Part shown: one piece after another, positions 56,832 through 64,000 of the stretch
How the letters are laid out: every line of letters begins with the position of its first letter
Position numbering within the stretch: position 1 is the stretch's first letter
DNA from: Candidatus Thorarchaeota archaeon
GTDB taxonomy: Archaea > Asgardarchaeota > Thorarchaeia > Thorarchaeales > Thorarchaeaceae
Length of the DNA: 64,000 nucleotides
Reading direction: 5' to 3'
Assembly (NCBI GenBank): GCA_048884785.1
Contig: JBHLQM010000005.1
Coordinates: forward strand, 25,333-89,332
Made by a program: the position numbers and the translations under genes
Notes under the pieces: generated by a model
Database searches by the model: none
The model's input: only the letters and a program-made list of their open reading frames with translations
Told to the model about the DNA's origin: nothing

Positions 56832-59656
56832 TCCTCTTGCCTGCCTCTAAAGTACCCGAATATCCTGTGAGGGGGGATGAGCAAGGCCGGTATGCAGGCT
56901 ACAAAGATAATCCCCCAGTCTATCAGATCAAGTGGCACTGTTTCAAACAGCGGCTGCATAAATGGCAAATATATTGTAGCCAATGTTAGTACAACAGATA
57001 GAATCACAGCCACGATCAGATACTTTGACTCTCTAATCGATGTTTTCCACACCGGATTGTATTCATCTCTGCAATTCCAAACAAATAACAATTCAAATAC
57101 AACAACACTCGTAAACACTGTCGTTCTCGCGTGAGTCAGAATGTTACTCCAGAGCAGGCCGCTTGGAGCTACTCCAGTGTTCCATTCCATTTCTGTAAGG
57201 AGAGGTCCAGTTATCCCGGGAATCACTCCTCCACTCAGTTCCCAGAGATTTAACATGAAGACGAATGTTGAGGCGAGAAAGGCAAGAAATCCAGCGATAA
57301 CTATGAATGATACCATTCCTCCATCCATCATCTTTGATCCTGGCTTTCTCGGAGCTCGGTTCATCACATTCTTCTCAGGAGGATCGACACCAAGTGCGAG
57401 AGCTGGAAATCCATCTGTTGCTAAGTTGAGCCAGAGAATTTGGACTGCCGTGATTGGAAGCGGGAGGCCAATCATAACTATTGTAAATACAAGAAACAGT
57501 TCATCAAAATTTGCGGCAAGTAAGAATCGAACGAATTTTCGTATGTTCGAATAGATCTCCCTTCCTTTCTCAACTGCAGAAACAATCGTTGCGAAGTTGT
57601 CATCAGTTAGGATAACATCGGAGGCTTCTTTTGTTACATCAGAACCACGAATTCCCATAGATATCCCAATATCAGCTGATTTGATTGCTGGAGCATCATT
57701 CACTCCGTCACCAGTCATGGCTACTATTTGACCTGACCTCTTTAGCGAGTTCACAATGCGAAGCTTGTGCTCAGGTGCAACTCTAGCAAAGACATTGCAG
57801 GACTGGACGTTCTCTTGGAACTCCATCTCTGTCATAATATCCAGTTCTGCACCCGTCAAGACCTTTCCATCCTTCTCAATCAATCCGACAGCAATGGCTA
57901 TAGCTCTCGCTGTTAACTTGTGGTCCCCTGTAATCATAATAGGTCGAATTCCCGCAGTTTTGCAGAGTTTGATAGCATCCTTGACCTCATCTCGAGGAGG
58001 ATCCAGCATGCCAACGAGTCCCACGAAAATCAGATTCTTCTCTACTTTTTCGGGTTCCCAGTCAGGAATATCACTTTCGAGTGGACGATACGCAAAGGCG
58101 AGCACTCTCAACGCATTTCCGGCCATTTCAGCATTTTTCTGAATAATCATATTTCGCTGATCATCACTGAGAGGTTTGGGTTCGCCGTGCTCCAAGATCG
58201 AACTACAAAGCGGTAGTAGTACTTCAGGAGCTCCTTTGGAAAATGCAAAGTACTGACCAGAACTATCAACATTAATCGCCGTCATTCTCTTTCGTGCTGA
58301 ATCAAAGGAGATTTCTGAAATCTCCCGATATTTTTTCAACGTGTCCGATTTGGGTATTCCGGCTTTCTCCGCTACAACAAGAAGTGCACCTTCTGTTGGA
58401 TCGCCGACAACTGACCAATCTGCACGGCTAGTGGGATCTACTTGAAGAACGGTGTTGCTACACATTTGACCAATCTCAAGAAGCATTGAGGCATTGGGAT
58501 CAAGAACCGGATCGAAAAGAGAACCGCTGTTTGAGAACCCGCCGCTCATATTGTAGCCTACACCACTAACGTGGATTTCTCTCCCGTCTGTATAAAGTAC
58601 CTTTACGGTCATTTCATTCTTCGTTATAGTGCCAGTCTTATCGGAGCATATTACCGTGGTAGAACCAAGCGTTTCGACACTGGGAAGACGTCTCACAATG
58701 GCGCTTTGCTGTACCATTCGCTGAACTCCGATAGCTAATGTTATTGTAACAACTGCAGGCAATCCTTCAGGGATTGCAGACACAGCCAGAGCAATAGCAG
58801 CCAGTAGTTCATCCATTAGGCTTTCAGATAAATTCCGTAAGATTTCAGCAAATAGAACAATGATGCACAAAGCGATGATTAGGACCCCGAGTTTTCTACC
58901 TAGATCATCAAGATCGATTTGGAGAGGAGTCATATCCTTCTTGCTTTCCTGAACCATCCCTGCTATTTTACCAAACTGAGTGCTCATTCCAGTTGACGTA
59001 ATCACTGCTCTACCTTTCCCCGCAGTAATCTTAGTACCCTGAAACACCATGTTCTTCATATCACCAATGACTGGCCTCTCAAGATGAATGGTCTCAGGAA
59101 TTTTTCGAACAACATTCGATTCTCCAGTGAGTATAGATTCATCTGCAGAAAATCCAACGGCATAGATTACTCTGCCATCAGCTGGCACCTTATCCCCGGA
59201 TTCCAGAAAGACAACATCTCCTGGAACAACGTCACGTGAATCAATCTCTTGCCAAAGACCATCTCTAATCACCTTGGCCCGAGGAGCCGCCATATCCTTC
59301 AATGCTTCAAGCGCCTGTTCAGATTTGAACTCTTGAACAAAGCCAAATATAGCGTTGAAGATAACAATCACAGAAATAACGATGGCATCTATCACACCAC
59401 CATCATCATGAGACCCAGGAATCACTGATGTTGCAAGGGATATTACTATCGCAAATAACAGGATTATAACCATTGGATCTGCGAATTGCCTGAGAAACAT
59501 TCGAACTGCACTGAAACCTCCTGCTTCTGTGAGTTCATTGGGGCCATATTTATCCAAACGGTTTTCTGCCTCAATTGCAGAAAGGCCTTGTTCAGAAGTC
59601 AGAAGTTTTGCTAATACAGAATCAGAATCATTTGAATGCCAATAATCATTACCCAT
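56828..59656 (-). CDS. P2A-type cation-transporting (Ca2+) P-type ATPase
   Basis: TGES, IPEGL, DKTGT, KGAPE, TGDGVNDAPA, LWLNLATDG. Confidence 0.95.
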   Translation of the reverse strand: MGNDYWHSNDSDSVLAKLLTSEQGLSAIEAENRLDKYGPNELTEAGGFSAVRMFLRQFADPMVIILLFAIVISLATSVIPGSHDDGGVIDAIVISVIVIFNAIFGFVQEFKSEQALEALKDMAAPRAKVIRDGLWQEIDSRDVVPGDVVFLESGDKVPADGRVIYAVGFSADESILTGESNVVRKIPETIHLERPVIGDMKNMVFQGTKITAGKGRAVITSTGMSTQFGKIAGMVQESKKDMTPLQIDLDDLGRKLGVLIIALCIIVLFAEILRNLSESLMDELLAAIALAVSAIPEGLPAVVTITLAIGVQRMVQQSAIVRRLPSVETLGSTTVICSDKTGTITKNEMTVKVLYTDGREIHVSGVGYNMSGGFSNSGSLFDPVLDPNASMLLEIGQMCSNTVLQVDPTSRADWSVVGDPTEGALLVVAEKAGIPKSDTLKKYREISEISFDSARKRMTAINVDSSGQYFAFSKGAPEVLLPLCSSILEHGEPKPLSDDQRNMIIQKNAEMAGNALRVLAFAYRPLESDIPDWEPEKVEKNLIFVGLVGMLDPPRDEVKDAIKLCKTAGIRPIMITGDHKLTARAIAIAVGLIEKDGKVLTGAELDIMTEMEFQENVQSCNVFARVAPEHKLRIVNSLKRSGQIVAMTGDGVNDAPAIKSADIGISMGIRGSDVTKEASDVILTDDNFATIVSAVEKGREIYSNIRKFVRFLLAANFDELFLVFTIVMIGLPLPITAVQILWLNLATDGFPALALGVDPPEKNVMNRAPRKPGSKMMDGGMVSFIVIAGFLAFLASTFVFMLNLWELSGGVIPGITGPLLTEMEWNTGVAPSGLLWSNILTHARTTVFTSVVVFELLFVWNCRDEYNPVWKTSIRESKYLIVAVILSVVLTLATIYLPFMQPLFETVPLDLIDWGIIFVACIPALLIPPHRIFGYFRGRQED

Positions 59657-59823
59657 TTTGTGGACTCCGATTAAGGAGATGATTTCTTACCTTATCCTGT
59701 ATGCTCGAAAATGCGTGAGCAGAAATACCTTATGATTAGGACAATCCCAAGAATGCGAAAATGTTAAGTGATAGACCCACATCGAGGGGCCTAGATTTGG
59801 TATAAGGGAGAAATGAGGAAGAA

Positions 59824-60555
59824 ATGCCGGACAAGATGAAATACAGCTTCAAATGCCTAGAAAAGGAATGCGCATCTCAGTCGTGCCATTATAGACCGCA
59901 AGTTCGAGTGACTTTTGGCGATATATCTCGATGGACGTCTCAGAATTTGCTGTCAACGGCAATCGGAGGAATAGGTGTAATGAATGACAAAGCTGCGCCA
60001 AATCTTATTACACTAGCCATGTATCCAATTAAATCAAAGGAGAGATCAGAAAACACGGTTTGTATAATGTTCAATGAGAAAGAAAAAACTTGCAAAATAA
60101 ATCAAGCAAAGCCAATCTCATGCAGAACCTATCCATTGGAGTATGATGGCGAGAAGTATTACTTGAGCGATAAGACATGTGATGGGATAGGAAAAGGTGA
60201 GATCACAAAAGATGCTTTGAAGGACGCCAAGGAGTTGGCTGAGCAGGACTACAACGAACGCATGTATGCTCGATATCTCTTGCCAGCCCTATACAATGTA
60301 ATAATGAATACAATTGCACTTCAGCAAGAGGTATTGCTGCAAGGGCTTTCAAAAGAAGACCGGGAACAGCTTGAGATGCTTCTTGCAAAAGGCGAACCAG
60401 ATGACATATTTCCAGAGAAACCAAAAACTGAACACGCGTCCTCTACCACTGAAGCTGAGTCAGAGATCCCTCCTGAAGAAACAAATGAAACATTGAAGGA
60501 ATCTGATTCATCGACCATCAATGACAAAGAAGTCCCTAGGAGTGATGGTGAGTAA
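59824..60555 (+). CDS. YkgJ family cysteine-cluster protein with acidic tail
   Basis: FKC....C....C, C.MFN....CKI...KPISCRTYP, CDGIG. Confidence 0.8.
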   Translation: MPDKMKYSFKCLEKECASQSCHYRPQVRVTFGDISRWTSQNLLSTAIGGIGVMNDKAAPNLITLAMYPIKSKERSENTVCIMFNEKEKTCKINQAKPISCRTYPLEYDGEKYYLSDKTCDGIGKGEITKDALKDAKELAEQDYNERMYARYLLPALYNVIMNTIALQQEVLLQGLSKEDREQLEMLLAKGEPDDIFPEKPKTEHASSTTEAESEIPPEETNETLKESDSSTINDKEVPRSDGE

Positions 60556-61620
60556 TTCGACTCCGGTTTCAGTGATACAAATGAGATCCTCAATGCGTAT
60601 ACCAAATTTGCCATCCAGATAGATTCCTGGCTCAACGCTATGCGTCATGCCGGATTCCAACTCACGGGCATTTCCTCTAACAATATATGGCGGTTCATGA
60701 ACCTCGAGACCAATTCCATGTCCAAGTCTGTGTGTGAATTGATCACCATAGCCAGCCTCTTCTATAATTCTGCGAGCAATACCATCTGCCGTCCCACAGG
60801 CCAGTCCTTTTTTTAGGCGTTCTAGTGCGGTTTCCTCTGCCCTTAGCACAATCGAGTATACCTCTTCCTGCTCATCATTTGGCTCACCAACTACGCCAAC
60901 ACGGGTCATATCTGTATTATATCCGTCAATCGAACACCCACAGTCCATTAAAACCAAATCGCCTTTTCTTAGTTCACGAGGTCCTGCTCTCGCATGGGGA
61001 ACTGCACTATTATCACCAAATTGAATAGCAGAAAAGGTATTTGCGGCTCCAAGTCTACCGACTTCAGTTTGGACGATTTGCATCAGTTCCAACTCTGTCA
61101 TTCCTACTGTTGCAGAATCGAACGCTTTTCTGACGCCCTTGTCAATAATTTCTCCTGCATGCTTCATCTTAGAAATCTCTTCTTTGCCTTTTATTAATCG
61201 CATATCATTTAGGACAGGAGTAAGTGACATAGTCTTTTCAAAGCCACCCAACGCTCTCTCTAAACTCCAATAAATTCCGATAGGCAAATTCTCATCGAAC
61301 ATGGCTTTGAGGCGTTTATCCTTTACCTCTAGTTCGCTTGCAAGCATTACGAAAGGATTCTCTTCCTCACTCCAAGGGAGAAATTCCCTTAACCATGTGC
61401 TCTTCTGGTGATCCGAAAGCTCGAAAGATGGTGTAAGTATTTTGGGTTCTTGATTTGGTTTAATAATTAAGGCAACCAATCTTTCATGCATTTGGTATGA
61501 GGATCCAGAAAGGTATTGAAAATTAGGAGAGGGTGTCAATAATGCGAAGTCAAAGTCATTGCTTTCAATGAAATGCAAGATTTCATCAAATCGCCGCCTG
61601 TATATTTCACTCTCAAGCAT
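60508..61620 (-). CDS. Xaa-Pro aminopeptidase / prolidase (M24B)
   Basis: AVPH, DCG...GYNTDMTR, HRLGHGIGLEVHE, EPGIY, GIRIED. Confidence 0.95.
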   Translation of the reverse strand: MLESEIYRRRFDEILHFIESNDFDFALLTPSPNFQYLSGSSYQMHERLVALIIKPNQEPKILTPSFELSDHQKSTWLREFLPWSEEENPFVMLASELEVKDKRLKAMFDENLPIGIYWSLERALGGFEKTMSLTPVLNDMRLIKGKEEISKMKHAGEIIDKGVRKAFDSATVGMTELELMQIVQTEVGRLGAANTFSAIQFGDNSAVPHARAGPRELRKGDLVLMDCGCSIDGYNTDMTRVGVVGEPNDEQEEVYSIVLRAEETALERLKKGLACGTADGIARRIIEEAGYGDQFTHRLGHGIGLEVHEPPYIVRGNARELESGMTHSVEPGIYLDGKFGIRIEDLICITETGVELLTITPRDFFVIDGR

Positions 61621-61764
61621 GTTTCAGCTCTCACTCTATGAACTCTAAGAGTATTTACTCTTGATAACCTCTACGGTTTCATCATTTCATTGGCTATGCG
61701 TGAGGAACATAGTTAATAGGCATTCATAAAGCCCTGAGGCATCTTTGCAGGAGCAACTGAGTGG

Positions 61765-63144
61765 ATGGAAAAAGTTGAAACAACCTACCCGCAGCGGCTG
61801 CCGGCAAGTGTCTATCTCGTCGGAGCACTAACGCAGTTTGCATTGGGTATGCATGCTCCGTTTCTCAACACTTACATCCTTGATATGGGTGCGAATTACG
61901 CAGAGCTGGGTACATTTAGAAGTGTAGGCAATATTGCACCGACAATTCTTCAGCCAGTCTGGGGGGCAACATCTGATAAAGCAGGTCATGCAAGGACGTT
62001 TGTTGCATTTGGGACGATAACAGGGCTGTTTATGGTCCTACTATTTCTGTGGGCTGAAACCCCAATTCACATGATAGCTATGTATGGAGTTCAATCCATT
62101 CTGTTTAGCATTCAAATTCCAACTTGGCAATCCCTGATTGGGGGACTAATGAGTGAGGGAAACCGAGGACATGAACTAAGCAGGTTGGCCGTGATAACAA
62201 ATATTGCATCGTTATTTGCCACCCTGGTTTCAGGATTTATCGCAGGTTTTCCGATGATTATCCCTAGCCTTCGTGTTGCACTTGGAAATCTCGGTCTCTT
62301 CCTCTTCCCGACGGTGGAAACGTGGCGTGAGGCATACTACCTGCCATTCTATGTAACCGCGATTGTAGGTATAGTTGCATCACTTCTTTCGCTCAAGATT
62401 AGGGAGAATCCAGGGCATTCTCGCAAGAACTCTCGCTTCCCACCGATTCATGAGCTGCTATCAAGACCAGGTGACTTTCGACGATTTTCTTTTGTGTCAG
62501 TGTTTTTTTCATTTGCAATGGCAATGGCTTGGCCATTTTTTATTGTTGTTCAAAGAGAATGGCTGAACAACACATTGTTCGAAATCGCAATTGCATCTGC
62601 ACTGATGACAATAGCAACTGTTGTTTTCACGTTGCCATTTGGAAGACTAAGCGACAAAGTGGGAAGAAAACCGCTAATCCTTCTTGGAAGGGGATTACTA
62701 TTCTTGGTCCCATTGCTATATGCAATGTCAGTCTACCTCTCAGAGACCTTCTCAATTCCAGGGGTTTGGATTATCTACATTGCCAACATCCTGGCAGGAT
62801 TCTGCGTTGCATCTGCTGTTAATGCCATAACAGCCTACATCTATGATATCGCCCCGGAGAATGAAAGAGGATCACATCTTGCGGTCTACAACACATTTAC
62901 TGGCATCATCTACCTTCTGGGATCACTGATTGCAGGTTTTCTTGGGCAGGCTCTGGTTCTGTTCATTGGAGATTTTCTGGCAGTATTCTGGATGATGATG
63001 ATAAGCGCCATATTGCGTTTCGTGGCATCTTTCTTCTATATTTTGATAAGAGAGCCACGAACCTACAGTTCCTCCATTTGGATTGAACTTCGAACGCGCT
63101 TGCAAAGCAGACGACACGATACTGATACTCTACAGAGTCATTGA
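61765..63144 (+). CDS. MFS transporter
   Basis: WGATSDKAG, GRLSDKVGRK, PENERG; 12 TM segments. Confidence 0.92.
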   Translation: MEKVETTYPQRLPASVYLVGALTQFALGMHAPFLNTYILDMGANYAELGTFRSVGNIAPTILQPVWGATSDKAGHARTFVAFGTITGLFMVLLFLWAETPIHMIAMYGVQSILFSIQIPTWQSLIGGLMSEGNRGHELSRLAVITNIASLFATLVSGFIAGFPMIIPSLRVALGNLGLFLFPTVETWREAYYLPFYVTAIVGIVASLLSLKIRENPGHSRKNSRFPPIHELLSRPGDFRRFSFVSVFFSFAMAMAWPFFIVVQREWLNNTLFEIAIASALMTIATVVFTLPFGRLSDKVGRKPLILLGRGLLFLVPLLYAMSVYLSETFSIPGVWIIYIANILAGFCVASAVNAITAYIYDIAPENERGSHLAVYNTFTGIIYLLGSLIAGFLGQALVLFIGDFLAVFWMMMISAILRFVASFFYILIREPRTYSSSIWIELRTRLQSRRHDTDTLQSH

Positions 63145-63180
63145 TAGACAAACTTAAGGATATCAAAACAAGAATCCATA

Positions 63181-63558
63181 TTGCCTATAGAGAGGTTGAA
63201 TTGCTTGAAGAAGGCTCAAAGCTTCGAGGAAGGTTGGAAGATTGAGATGAGACGAGGTCTTCTTCAATATGCAGTTCTTGCAATCGTTAGAAAACACGAG
63301 AATGGGATTCATGGCTATGGCATTGCCAGAGAACTTGATGAAAAGACCGAAGGATTACTAGAAGTCAAGGAAGGCACCCTCTATCCGATACTTCACCGTT
63401 TGAAAAAAGACAGATTGCTTAATGTCCATAATCAGAAGTCGGATGCAGGGCCTCAAAGGAAAGTGTATGTACTAACAGGTGAAGGCGATCGTGTATATCG
63501 CGAACTTTCTTTCATATTAGCTCAGTATCTTGAGCAACTCGAGGGACTAACAGAATGA
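63181..63558 (+). CDS. PadR family transcriptional regulator
   Basis: HGYGI, EGTLYPILHRL, GPQRKVYVLT..G. Confidence 0.93.
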   Translation: MPIERLNCLKKAQSFEEGWKIEMRRGLLQYAVLAIVRKHENGIHGYGIARELDEKTEGLLEVKEGTLYPILHRLKKDRLLNVHNQKSDAGPQRKVYVLTGEGDRVYRELSFILAQYLEQLEGLTE

Positions 63559-64000
63559 GTAACAATGAAGTAAGCAGACTTGTCGAAAACTACCTAAAGA
63601 AAGTGGAGAGAGTGCTCCCAGATTCATTCGAAACAGACGATCTGATTGATGAAATCCGTGCGCACATCATGGAATCACTTCAGAATAGAATCGACAGCAA
63701 TCCCAGCGAAGGTAGACTTGAATTGCTCAAAGAAGTTCTAGATTCCTTGGGCGAACCGGAAGAGATAGCTGCGGAATGGGGCAAAGCGCAATCCCTTGAT
63801 GAAGAGGATGAGGAAAAAGAAAACCGGTTCCTGAGAACTGTTCTCAAGCAGTTCCTTTCGGGTGTAGTGGTGGTTTTTGCTGCATGGTTTGTCTCATCAT
63901 TGCCCAATAGCATTGTTGACTTCTGGACTGCATTGATTGTGCTGATGATTTTCGTTATCGCCGAGTATTTCCTTCGTTCATGGCAGAAGAGTGAATCAAC
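63555..64000 (+). CDS. HAAS-domain (DUF1700-like) membrane protein, runs off window end
   Basis: Hand-translated from the ATGA overlap: ENYLKKVERVLP...IDEIRAHI...LGEPEEIAAEW, then two TM helices. HAAS genes are commonly paired with PadR. Confidence 0.8.
   Translation, partial: MSNNEVSRLVENYLKKVERVLPDSFETDDLIDEIRAHIMESLQNRIDSNPSEGRLELLKEVLDSLGEPEEIAAEWGKAQSLDEEDEEKENRFLRTVLKQFLSGVVVVFAAWFVSSLPNSIVDFWTALIVLMIFVIAEYFLRSWQKSES

Noticed and set aside
60508-60555. 3' overlaps of convergent genes (also 13473-13515 and 19350-19376)
   Set aside because: Short tail overlaps are common in compact archaeal genomes and need no special explanation.

Overview
Gene-dense chromosomal segment from an archaeon, most likely an Asgard archaeon (Thorarchaeia-like). 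This is inferred from archaeal core genes (radA, top6A/B, aRF1, pheST, DGGR-type reductase, cofE) found alongside eukaryotic-signature proteins (two Rab-like GTPases, Roadblock/LC7 proteins, a Vps28-CTD-like protein). No rRNA, tRNA, CRISPR array or transposase was recognised. Best candidates for undescribed systems: (1) three small ORFs (33, 29 and 73 aa) sharing an N-x(2-3)-VS[TS]KA motif, with their own TATA box and SD-like sites, coupled to one of two tandem paralogous MFS transporters (52739-53163); (2) a Cas4-like nuclease split into two genes, each half with its own membrane anchor, and no CRISPR locus nearby (28503-29424); (3) a hookless mini-Rad50 plus Mre11 pair; (4) a topoisomerase VI A subunit with a ~370-aa Lys-rich/HhH extension; (5) an EamA transporter fused to an Lrp/AsnC ligand-binding domain next to a stand-alone copy; (6) a Rab-CBS-Vps28-like-Rab cluster. 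All family calls come from reading motifs by eye; no database searches were run.
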